NCBI RefSeq assembly: GCF_009914755.1
Contig: NC_060947.1
Length of the DNA: 64,000 bases
Direction: 5' to 3' (one strand)
DNA from: the human T2T-CHM13v2.0 reference genome, Homo sapiens
Shown piece after piece: positions 27,510 through 40,626 of this stretch. The stretch's first letter is position 1, and each line of letters starts with the position of its first letter. The notes under the pieces were generated by a model. The model was not told the DNA's origin. It made no database searches and was given only the letters and a program-made list of their open reading frames with translations. Position numbers and translations under genes: made by a program.

Positions 27510-30500
27510 TGATTGGGAATAAAGATGGTTGACCAAATGCAGCTGGGATGTGCCTCTTCCCCAGAGAGGAAGCAAAATATTAAGTAAATCTGCACACTTC
27601 AAACACATCTTTTGAGAGAAAACATGGGAATTCAATAAAGGGGCAATGGAAGACACTGTGGTGGAAGAGGGAGGAAGCAGGACTGCCTGTTTGGTATTGC
27701 TGGGTGCCACGACTGGCCCCTGGACACAGACTGGACCCGAGGAAGTGGTGAGTGAAGGAACCCTAAGGCACCACATTCCTGCTGTGGACCTCTGAGATCC
27801 TAGACACAGGAGTTCCCTTTGGGCTGGCAGGCAGAGCTACAGGGAGAAGATGCAGAGGCACTGCTTGAACCTGTGTGGAGCCCAAAAGGCTTCAGTGTGC
27901 TGGGCAGCTGCAGCAAAACATGGCTCTAGGTGCCCACCCCCAAGGCTCCGTGTCCTGCCCTAAGCAGCTGCAGCTCCTACTGTCTGCTGGGCCGGGAGAT
28001 AGCGGAGTCCAGGCGTGCTCATGTGCCCAACACAGGCCCCGCTGCCATTGCCCTGGGACCAAGGTGCATCTGAGCCACATGCCCCCGTGTTTGCCCCTCC
28101 TTCCCAAGACTGCCTGCCTGGCTATTTCTGTGGTGGTGGGGGTTGGGGAGGGCAGGAGGGGAGGGGGAGGGGGAGGGGGTGGGGGAAGAGGAGGAAATTC
28201 TTCCTAATTCATTCTATAAGGCCAGCATTACCCTGATGCCCAGACCAGACAAAGACACAGTGAAAAAGAGGAAGCTGCCGGCCAGTGTCCCTGATGAACA
28301 CAGGTGCAAAAATCTTCAACAAAATACTAACAAACTGAATCCAACAGCACATCAAAAAGATAATACACCACGATCAATTGGGATCTATCCCAGAAATGCA
28401 AGGATGGTTCAACACACACGAATCAATAATCTGTCTCATCAACAGAACAAAGATTGAAAATGATATGATCAGCTCAGTAGATGCAGAAAAAGTGTTGGAC
28501 AAAATGCAGCGTCACTTCATGATAAAAGCTCTCAACAAATTAGGTACAAATGGAATATACCTCAACATAATAAAAGGCTGTATATATAACTAACCCACAT
28601 CATACTGAATGGAGAAAAGCTGAAAGCCTTTTCTCTAAGAACAGGAACAAGAGAAGGAGGCCCACTCTCACCACTCTTATTTAACATAGTACTGAACGTC
28701 CTACCAGAGCAATTAGGCACCAGAAGGAAATAAATGACATACAAATGGAAAGAAAGGACGTCAAATTGCACCCCTTCACAGATGACATGATCGGATAGAT
28801 GGAAAAACCTAAAGACTCCCCGAAAACTCTTAGAACTGATAAACAAATTCAATAGAGTTGCAGGATACAAAATCTACGTACGAAAATCAGTAGTGCTTCT
28901 ATGCACCAATAATGAACTAGCAGAAAAGGAAATCAAGAGAGTAACCCCTGCAGCCATAAGAAAGAATGAGTTCATGTCCTTTGCGGGGACATGGATGAAG
29001 CTGGAAGCCATCATTCTCAGCAAACTAACACAGGAACAGAAAACCAAACGCCGCATGTTCTCACTCATAGGTGGGAGCTGAACGATGAGAACACATGGAC
29101 GCAGGGAGGGGAACATCACACACTGGGGCCTGTTGGGGGTGGGGGGCAAGGGGAAGGAGGGCATTAGGACAAATACCTAATGCATGCGGGGCTTAAAACC
29201 TAGATGACGGGTTGATAGGTGCAGCAAACCACCATGGCACATGTATACTTATGTAACAAACCTGCATGTTCTGCACATGTATCTCTGAACTTAAAGTAAA
29301 ATTAAAAAAAAAAAAAAAGGGCAACCCCATTTACAGTAGCTACAAAAAAAAAAAAGTATCTAGGAATAAATGTGACCAAGGATGTGATAGATCTCCACAA
29401 TGAAAACTTCAAGACACTGATAAAAAAAATTGAAGACCACACAAAATAATGGCAAGGCATTCCATGCCTATGGATTAGAAGAATGAAAATTGCTTAAATG
29501 ACCATATTACCCAAAACAATCTACAGATTCAATGCAATCCCACCCAAAATACCAACGATATTTTTTACGGAAATAGAAAAAAATATCCTAAAATTCATAT
29601 GGGACCCCAAGAGACCTCAAATAAACGAAGAAATCCTGAGGGGTTGGGGGAAGCAAACAAACAAAGCTGGAGGCATCACTCTGCCTGACTTCAAAATATA
29701 CTATAAGGCTATAGTAACCAAGACACCGTGATATTGTTATAGAAACTTAAAGGCTTAAATGGAAGACTTGAAACTATAAAAATAACAAAGGAGAAAAGCT
29801 TCAGGGCATTGTTCTAGTAGGGCAAATATTTTATGGGTAAGACTACAAAAGCACAGGCAGCAAAAGCAAAAATACGCAAATGGGACCATATAAAACTAAA
29901 AAGCTTCTGTACAGCAAAGGAAACAATCAATAGAGTGAGGAGACAACCTGTAGAATGGGAGAAAATACTTACAAACTAATCGTCCGATAAGAGACTGATA
30001 TCCAGAATACACTAGACGTTCAAAGAACTCAACAGCAAAACTCCCCCAAATAACACTATTAAAAATGAGCGAAGGATCGGAATAGACATTTCTCAAAAGA
30101 AGACATACAAGTCGCCAAGAAGTTTATGGAAGATTGCTCAACCTCACTAATCATCAGGGAAATGCAAGTCCAAACTACCGTGAGATATCCTCTCACCCCA
30201 GTTAGAATGGCCATTATGAAAAGGACAAAAAGATAAGTTTTGGCGAGGATGTGAAGAAAGGGGAGTTCTTACACATTGTTGGTCTGAGTGTAAATTAGTG
30301 CAGACATCATGGAAAACAGTACGGAGGTTTCTCAAAAAACTAAAAACAGAGCTACCATATGATCCAACAGTCCCTCAACTGAGTATTTATCCAAAAGAAA
30401 GGAAGTCGGTATATCAAAGAAAGATTTGCTTCCCCACGTTTATTGCAGCACTATTCACAATAGCTAAGATACGGAATCAACCTAAGTGTCCGTCGACATG

Positions 30501-33180
30501 AATGGATAAAGAAAATGTGGTATCTATGCACAATAGAACATTATTCGGCTACCAGAAAGAATGAAGTCCTGTCATTCGAGGCAACATGAATGAACCTGGA
30601 GGATTTTATGTTAAGTGACACAAGGTAGGCACAGAAAGACACAAATACCACACGTTCTCACTCATATGTGGAAGCTGAAGGAAACTGGGCTCATAGAAGT
30701 AGAGAGTAGAATTGTGGTTACTAGAGGCTGGGAAGTATAGAGGGGAGGGGAGGATAGAGAGAGGTTGGCTAATGGATACAATATTACAGATCGATAGGAG
30801 GAATAAGTTCTAGTGTTCTATAGCACTGTAGGTTGAATACAGTTAACAGTATCGTATAGTATATGCTAAGAAAAAGCTGGAAGAGGGGATTTTGAATGTT
30901 TCCAGCACAAAGGAATGATAAATGTTTGAGGTGATGGATACCCTAATTACTCTGGTATAGTCATTACACATTGAATGGATGTATCAAAATATCACTCTGT
31001 ACCTCGTAAATATGCACAACTACTATGTGTCAACTAAAAAATAAAAGAAAAAAAAGGAAGACAAATACCACATGATCTCACTCATGTGGAATCTTAAAAA
31101 GTTGATCTAATAGAAGCAGAGAGTAGAATGATGGTTGCCAGAGGCTGGGGGTGACGGGGCTTGGGGGGGATACGGCAAGGGAAGATGTTGGTCAAAGAGT
31201 ACAAAGTTCCAGTTAGACAGGAGCAAGAAGCTTTAGTGATCTATTGCACAGCATTTCTAGTTAAAAATAATGTATTACGTATTTTGAAACTGCTAAAAGA
31301 GTAGATTGTAAATGTTCTCGCCACAAAAGAATGATAGGTAGGTGAGGAGATGGATATGCTAATTAGCTTAGTTTAATCATTCCGCATTGTATACATATAT
31401 CAAAACATCGTATTGTACCCCACAAATATATATAATTATTTTTTGCTTTTTTAAATAAAATAAATTTATAGAGACCGCTGCTTCTGGAAAGATGGAAAGA
31501 TGGTGTAGTTGTACATTTCCCTATTCTTCCCACTAAGTACAACTTAAAATTCTAGACACTATATATAAAACAAACATAAGGCTGGAAGTGGAGAGAAGAA
31601 AGTAGACCAACTGGGGACCTCAGAACGACATGGTGGTGAGTTCCTTGGGTTTTGTTTTTGCCTGATATATCCCAAACTTGGAGCTGAAGAAACCAGCTAC
31701 TAGGGAATGCCAAAATGCACAGGCAAAACGAAACAAAACTAAACAAAACAGGTGAAGAAACAAAGAAATAAACCTACAAAAGCCTGTTCTGCCTAGCCTA
31801 AGGATCAGAAAAGAGGCAGCCAAACAAGACAGAAAATATTTTTCACAATAACTGCTCTACTCCAGTCGAACACCTCAGAAAACTCTGTGGCCCCTTCCCC
31901 ACTCATGCCAGCAAAGATCTAGTGGGGAGCGTAGACTTCCACATTCATTTCCATGGGCAGAGACGAGGGTCCCTTTGCGCTATCATATCACCAGGATTAT
32001 GTGGAGATCTCCAACATATACTCCCACCAGGCCATAAGGAGACACCCCTCTTTGTCCCTGCTGGGATGATGTCAGGATTTTCACCACCACTCAGTGTTAA
32101 GGATGCCACTCAATCCATGGGCTAAAGAGAAAATCTTCCAGATGTAAACTAGGAGAGCCATTATGGAAAACAGTGTGAAGGTTCCTCATAAAGTTAAAAT
32201 AGAACTACCATATGACCTAGCCTCCCCACTTCTGGGACTATATTCAAAAGCTATGAAATCAGCATGTCAGAGAGATATCTGCACTCCCATCTTCACTGCA
32301 TCACTATTCACAATAGCCAAGACTTACAATGAACCTAAGTGTTCATCAGCGGATTAACGAATAAAGAAAAGTGTGGTCTATATACACAATGGAATACTGT
32401 TCTGCCATGTAAAAGAAGGAAATCATGGCGTTTCCAACAACACGTGGCATTTCCATGTGTGGAAGGTGAAAAAGTCGATCTTTTAGAGGTAGCGAGTGGA
32501 ATGGTGGTTACCAGAGGCTGGAGTTTGGGGGAGTGGGGGAGATGTTGACCAAAGGGTACAAACTTTCAGCTAGACAGGAGGAATAATTTCAAAAGATCTA
32601 TTCTACACCGTGGTGACTATGGTTAATAACAATATGCTGTATACTTGAAATTTGCTGAGAGTAGTTTTTAGGTGTTCTCACCACACACAAAAAATGGTAA
32701 GTATGTGAGGTAATGCATATGATAATTACCTTGATTTAGCCATTTCACAGTGTATACTTATTATCAAAACATCATGTTGTACACCACAAATATATACAAT
32801 TTTTATTGGCCAATTTAAATAAAAAGAATACTGAAGACTAAATCTTCCAGGACTTCAGAAAGTGAATTGAACTGAATGGAAATGATTATAAAACATGTCA
32901 ACATCTGTGGTGCAAAGCTAAAGCATTGTTGAAAGGAAAATTTATGCCATTAAGTGCTTCCATTAGACAAATGGAAAATTATCAAAGCAGTAATCTATGA
33001 TGTCACTACACTAAACTAGAAAAAGAGGAGCAAAAGAAGCAGAAGGAAGGAAATGTGAAAGATAGGTAAAATAATCAATGAAATGGAAACCTGAAAAATA
33101 ATAGAGAAAATCAATAAATAAAAACCGAGGTCTTTAAGAAGACCAACAAAACATACAAAACTCAACAAAGACTGACAAAA
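27510..33180 (+). mobile_element. Cluster of older sense L1 fragments (L1MA/L1M 5' UTRs, ORF2 and several 3' ends)
   Basis: ORF2 peptides ILPNSFYKASITL and [13 protein letters not shown]; L1MA-type 3' ends near 31050, 31460 and 32825. Confidence 0.75.
28949..29318 (+). mobile_element. Short 5'-truncated L1PA 3' end inserted into older L1
   Basis: L1PA 3' UTR and poly(A), flanked by degenerate TSD (gagtaacccc / gggcaacccc); host ORF2 resumes afterwards. Confidence 0.85.
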
Positions 33181-33780
33181 TAAGCCTATGATGATTCACT
33201 GCCTCTGTGCATATTTACTGAATGACTTTAATAACTATAGTTATGAAACTTTTCATATAGTTGACTTTAGGAAGCTAAGCCCTTATGTTTTCAATATGAA
33301 TCATACAATGGAAAGAAGAAATAAAAGAAACATCAGACTCTTGACTTAAATCACAACAAAATTTGATTTTTGAACTAACAGCCAGATCCCTGCCTTTCAC
33401 CATAGAAACTAGTTTCTGCGATGTCTTTCACAATTAACTCGATTTCCTTTCTAAGAGGTAGACATGATACCCAAATAACTGCACTATGAGTTCAATTTTT
33501 CATGCTACGAGCGTGTCTTTGCAAATTGGAAAGTTCTTGGAGACAAAATTTCCCATGATTCATGTAATGCTAAAAGTAAGGTAGTTGAAATTTTTCAGAC
33601 TTTGAATCAATTATTCTTCCATACTGTTAGAAAGGTCTTGTATTACATGGACATTTGAGTGGCGACTTAGGTGAAGGCCTTCTGCGTTCTGTAAAATATT
33701 ATATATGTGGTCTCATAATTTTCTATTATGCGTTATGTAACTGAAATAACAATACCTTTTTATGAGGTCTCCACCAAAAA

Positions 33781-33810
33781 TGTGTGTGTGTGTGTGTGTC
33801 TGTGTGTGTG
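33781..33810. repeat. (TG)n microsatellite
   Basis: Seen directly in sequence. Confidence 0.9.
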
Positions 33811-35271
33811 TATTCTACAAGATCCGAGCCATTTTTTAGTTGGCCAAATTAATAACCTCAGATCCTCTTAATAATTATCATAAACTGCCTTTTTTGCTAT
33901 TGCTGACCAATTAATTCTAATTTCAGGCAACGAATTTTGTCAATCTGATTAGACTGTTAGAGGGAAAATTCTTATCAAATTCATCATGTATTTGCTTACA
34001 TTTCTCTTAATATTGTCCAGTTTATTCTCTTTACATTTCTTTCAACAAAACGAATAAACAGCTTGTGCTCTGTCTCTGCCACAGCAAATGCAACATCGAC
34101 AACAACGAGGTGGGGGAGGGGGTGAGATGAGCTTTTTTACATCAAAATGCCCATCCATAAAAGCAGAAATGAATTATAGAATTAGAGAAATCACCACTTT
34201 TTAACCAACAAAGTAATAATCAAATCGGGCAGGAGCCCTGAATGAATACTAAGGCCAAGAGGTAAAATTCTGTTGGAGAGCAGAATATCCGCATGTCATC
34301 GAAATATCCTGACAGACTACTTATTAATCACAAAGGGAGAGAAGTACCTTCCCAGTGTAGTACTCTGTCTGAAAAATACCTTAGTTAAGTGATAAAACTG
34401 ATGAATACAAACAGCATCACCGATAACTAGAGAAACTGGCGTTAGGAGCCTCCAGATGTGACATAATGTGAACTGCTCATCACCTTCTTAATATTCGTAC
34501 CCAAAGTGTCAAACATAAATATAAACAAGAGGCAAATATCAGGCCAGCCCGTATTGTGGGACACTTTACGAGACAACAGGCCTCGGCTCTGGAAAAAATG
34601 TCATCGTCATGGAAGGTTTAAAAAATTGTTTGGGGGTACTGTTTGCAATTAGAGGACACTAAAGAGACATGACAACTGTGTGCAGTGTACCATGCTTGAC
34701 TGGATTGTTGATCCCCCAAAACGTCTTTCAAAAGGATATTATTGGGACATTTGGTGAAATTTAAATATGAACTGTATGTGAACTTGGATAGTATTACCCC
34801 TTCATTGTTACATTTCTTCAATGTGATAATGGCACTGCGGTTTCATAGGAGTACATTCTAGTGTTTAGGAGGTGCATGCTGAAGTAACTGGGTGAAGTGT
34901 TTGGAACTGCTACGTGGTTAGGCAAGAAAAAAAATTACTGAGAGATAAAGCAATGAGACAACGTGAATCTAGGCATCAGATTGTTCACTGTATTACCCCC
35001 TCAGCTTTGTGTATTTTCAAAATAAAACGTTGAGGAAAATAGATTCCTCATATTTAGAGTTACGCACTGAAATGTTTACAAATCAAATAAGATACATTAA
35101 GATATCCACGTATGATTTTTGTACTTTTTTGATTTCTGATATTTGCTTGAAAATAATCTGGAGGAGGGGGAGAGGAGAGGATATGTATGAAATGTGATTG
35201 GCCATGAGTCGTTAATGGTTGCAGTTGGGAGATGGATATTTGGAGGTTCCTTATGTTATCCTCTCTTGTGC

Positions 35272-35845
<574 letters not shown>

Positions 35846-36038
35846 TGTACCATACACAAAAAAATTAATACACCATAGCTAAGTTACATTTACTATGGGA
35901 GAGGAAAGCTGGTTTGACATTAGCAAAGCTGTAACTGGAAGGGGACCCGAGAGAGGTTTGTGTGTTGCTCATATATTTTGTTGCCTGTTCTAGATACTAA
36001 TTGCATGCGTATATTTAATTTTTGAAAACTCATTAAGA

Positions 36039-36395
36039 GGCCTGGCTTGGTGGCTCACACCTGTAATCCCAGCACTTTTGTCGGGCGGACTGCTTGGGCC
36101 CGGGAGTTCACGATAGCCTGGGCAACATGGAGAAACCCCGTCTCTACAAAATATACGAAAATTAGCTGGGGATGGTCGTGTGCCTGTAGTCCCAGGAGTT
36201 CACGATAGCCTGGGCAACATGGAGAAACCCCGTCTCTACAAAATATACGAAAATTAGCTGGGGATGGTCGTGTGCCTGTAGTGCCAGGTACTTGAGAGGC
36301 TGAGGCAGGAGGATTGCTTGAGCCCAGGAGGTGGAGGTTGCAGTGAGCCAAGATCACGACACTGCACTTCAGCAGCCTGGGTGACAGAGTGAGGG
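36039..36395 (+). mobile_element. AluJ-like element with internal 92-bp tandem duplication
   Basis: 36103-36190 is identical to 36195-36282. Confidence 0.88.
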
Positions 36396-36446
36396 GCTGC
36401 TTTTTTGTTTCTTCTTTGTTTACAAATCAAATAAAGAAAGCAGCCC

Positions 36447-36990
36447 AAGGAAGGAAGGAAGGAAGGAAGGAAGGAAGGAAGGGTGGGAGGGAGGGAAGGA
36501 GGGAGGGAGGAAGGAAGGAAGGAGAAAGAGAAAGAGAGAGAGAAAGGGAGAAAGAAAGGGTAAGAAAGAAAGAAAGAAAGAAAGGAAAAGAAAGAAAGAG
36601 ATAGAAAACTGATTAAGATATACATTTATGATTTTTTAACCTTTTGGATTATAAGTTAAACTTGGCTGAAGGTTTTGGAAAAAACCTGGGAAGTTACCTA
36701 GGCTGGGTATTCTAGAGATAATGGATTCTCCCATAACTGATCCATAGATTCAGTGAAAATGCAGTCCAAATCTGTTACAACCGAGTTTTTGGGAAACTTG
36801 AAATTGCATGCTAATTTATGCAGAAGGACAAAAGGCCTAAGACATTCGGGGGTGGAGGTGGTGTGGTGTAGGGAGAGAGGAAGAAGAAAGGAAGGAAGGA
36901 AGGAGGAAAGGAAAGAACGGAAAGGAAAGGAAGGGAAGGGAAGGGAAGGGAAGGGAAGGGAAGGGAAAGGAAAGCAAAGAAAAGGAAACG
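36447..36990. repeat. Two polypurine tracts: (GGAA/GAAA)n at 36447-36605 and (GGAAG)n at 36877-36990
   Basis: Seen directly in sequence. Confidence 0.9.
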
Positions 36991-38089
36991 AAAAGTTAAG
37001 GAAAACACAAGGAAACAATATTAATATGGAAATGCTGGCAGCATTCCTTTTAAAATCCGGAACAACCCAAAGAAGCCCAATTTTGCTGTCGCTATTAGAT
37101 CTGGTACTAAATTTCCTAGCCAGCGCTGTTAAAAAACAAACAGCCAACCAACCAAAAAAAAAAAAAAAAAAAACAAACAAAAAACCCCCATAACTTCAAT
37201 TCTATTTCTACTATGCATAAACTCACAGATAATCCCAGAACGCCTACTATAGAGTTTAGCATGTTGACAGACTTTAAGATCAAGTCACGTTTTTAAAAGT
37301 TAAAGGCATTTCTGTAAATTCGATCCAAATAGAAATTGTCCTTTTAAACAGACATCAAGTACAAGAACAGCAACAATCTACAGTATCTTGGAATAAATAC
37401 AATAAATGATGTGCAAGATCTAAATATACAAAAGATGAAACTAAAAACTGAACTGAAAGATTAAAACATTAAGGACGCACATAAGTGGAGACATCCCAAG
37501 TTGGTGAACAGGAAGGCTGAGTATTCTACAGATAGTAGATTCTCCCCCTAACTGATCCATAGATTCAGTGAAAATGCAATCCAAAGCTGTTACGACTGAG
37601 TCTGGGGAGACTTGACATTGCATACTAATTCGTGCGGAAGGACAAGAAGGCAAAGAATGGCAAAGAATAGCAAAGATGTGTTTGGAGATGATGAACACCA
37701 TGCAGGGACTTGCCCTAGCAGATGTCAAGATGTATTGCGAAGTGAAAAAATTTAAGACAATTTAGTAGTGGTACAGGAATAGACACATTTATCTGTGGAA
37801 CATAACAGGGAGTTCATAAACAGAGACACACAAATATGGACGAAAGTGTCTCCAAGCATTGTTCCCTGGGGGTTGCAAAGTCACCACTGATTGGGAATCC
37901 GCGGCATGGAAATATGGATCGATCTTTAATCACATGCTGAATTTTTAAAAGGTAAATTACAAAATACCAAGTACATGAGTTATAAATGCATGCACACCAA
38001 ATATTTCACACCCAAAGGGAGACTAATCTGGGAAACAAGCCCTGGGGAGCATAAAGCTCAACGATCACTTCACGATTTCTTGACTGACC

Positions 38090-38620
38090 TAGTACAGGGA
38101 GCGGGAGAAGCTACGGGGAGGTGATGGGGGCGTGGCCTCAGAACGTGAGCGTCAAGAGATCTCGAGGTTCATTGGTCGCCAGCCACAGCGGCGGGAGGTC
38201 GAAGGCAGCGCAAGAGCTCATTGGCCTTTGTGGCAAGAGCGGGAAGGGAAGCAGAAGCTGGATCTTCCCTCAGACCGTCTGACTGGTTCTGACTTGCCGG
38301 AGGCTGAGGCAACCACAGGCTGACATCAGAATTAGGTCCTCGTTCTCCACGCCTCTTATTTCCTCCCACCCTCCTGAGCCAGATTCCCAACCCCTTCCCC
38401 TCTCTGCTACCTCAGCAGGGAACCCCCAACTGCTCCTGATGTCCCATCGCGCCCTCAGCTCTCCCGGAATCCCTTTCGGGAGGACTCCTTGCTCCAGCCC
38501 CCTGAGCCCTGGCCTTTGGCCAATGAGGCAGGGCTCATGGGATTGCTTTTGATTCGGAGGTCCGGGAGGGAGTGGATGATTGGGCTTCCTGAGGAAGTGG
38601 TGCGCTCCAGGGTGGTGGGA
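38090..38620 (+). promoter_or_regulatory. Candidate DMRTC1 proximal promoter / first non-coding exon region
   Basis: Local CpG enrichment, GC-box-like ggggcgtggc at ~38127, and CCAAT/ATTGG boxes at 38171, 38220, 38520 and 38579, about 2 kb upstream of the coding exons. TSS not determinable from sequence. Confidence 0.45.
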
Positions 38621-38871
38621 CTGCGTGTGTGGGGTGGGGTGGGGGTGGGGGGAAATGGTGTGCTCAAGCACAATTGTTGAAGTGTGGAGAGGATTATGGA
38701 AGATTTTGGGGAGGCTGTGGAGGGAATGTGTGGGTTTTCATGAAAGCAGAAAAGGTGTGTGAGTCCAAGAGAAACACTACTGCACTGAGGAGTTCCCTAC
38801 TGGCTAGATCAGAACCTGACACTTCATAGGAGGCTCAACAGGTACCTGCTGAATGAAGAATCAAGGGAATC

Positions 38872-39488
<617 letters not shown>

Positions 39489-40186
39489 TTAGTAACTGAA
39501 AGAGGGCCAGGGATCCAGGAGAACAATATGATTTCATGGGATACAAGAGGGAAATCAGCTCAAAGGGGGAGCAAGGGAATAATTAAGTGTAAGGTGGAGT
39601 ACAAGAAAAAAATCAGCATGAACCAGCATGAAATGTGAGGGGAAAATTGAATATAGGGCATAGAAGAGACTGACAATGGAATTGAGTGCTGGTGGCACAA
39701 AATCCTGTGCGGGGAGTGAATGAATGCAGGAGGTTCTGAAGAGAATTGGTGAAGTGGATGCCAGGAATAATACTTGGGTTTGGCAGAGTGCAGGATGATA
39801 CACAAGAAGGGCGTGTAGTAATGGTGGAAGAGGGCAGGGGAGTGCATGTGCATGCCTGAAAGTGGGGTCTATGGTGAAGTGACGGTAAGCAAGGAGAATA
39901 ATGACTGCATTGAATGGGTATGGGATCCATTCCAAGAGTTTCTTGGGAGGGGGCTATGTGTGAGTGGGGCTTCTGGGAAGGAGGCAACATCAGCAAGGGG
40001 GTTGCAGTGAAGGTTGGCGAAAACCATGGGAGAAGAAGGGGAGGGAAGGCAATCTGATTCCAGCGGTGAGAAGGATGGAGAAGGAGCATTGAGCCACCTC
40101 AGATAGGGTTTTCCAAGGGCAGAGGAAGTACGTTGGGGGTAGGGGATCACGTGGCCATTCTGACCTCCGCTCCTGACCCTAGAAGC

Positions 40187-40626
40187 ATGGATCCCGTGTG
40201 TCTGAACCTCCATTTCCCTATGGATGTACTGAGGACAAATAAATACCCGCTGCACCCTGCTGCCCCTCTGACTCTGAACGCACCACAGGGCGTCAGACTG
40301 GAGCCCCATGGGGGACTGAACTTGGCCCCAGAAGAGCTATAGGTTGCTGTGACCGCTGCCACAACCATTTGGGTATCACTGCCCAAATCAGGGGCCACAA
40401 GCATTTCTGCCTCTTCCAGGCCTGCGAGTGTCACAATTGTGCCCTCTTCTCATGAGTATGGTGTCTGAGATGCGGAGGGGCCAGACCTCCTCTAAATGGG
40501 ACTAATCTTAGCCCTGCTATCCTTTGCTTCAGAGAACGCCTCAGGGTCTTGCCTGCTGTGAGTGCCTTGAAGAGGGAGCAGCGGGCACGATCAAAGAGAC
40601 ACCTGGCTCAAGGACCAATAAGGAGT
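40187..40626 (+). pseudogene. Disabled ancestral 5' coding region of DMRTC1 encoding a DM domain
   Basis: Frame 40246-40451 reads PAAPCCPSDS...[46 protein letters not shown]. From 40533 it continues ERLRVLPAVSALKREQRARSKRHL in frame with ATG 40627. Donor at 40452 reads ATGAGT. Confidence 0.88.

Noticed and set aside
28143-28195. G-rich (GGGGGA)n run with G-quadruplex potential
   Set aside because: Low-complexity junction between L1 fragments, with no evidence of function.
36254-37193. Lys/Arg/Glu-rich and Phe/Ser/Leu-rich ORFs
   Set aside because: Translations of polypurine microsatellites; the same applies to 49965-50369 and 61439-61863.
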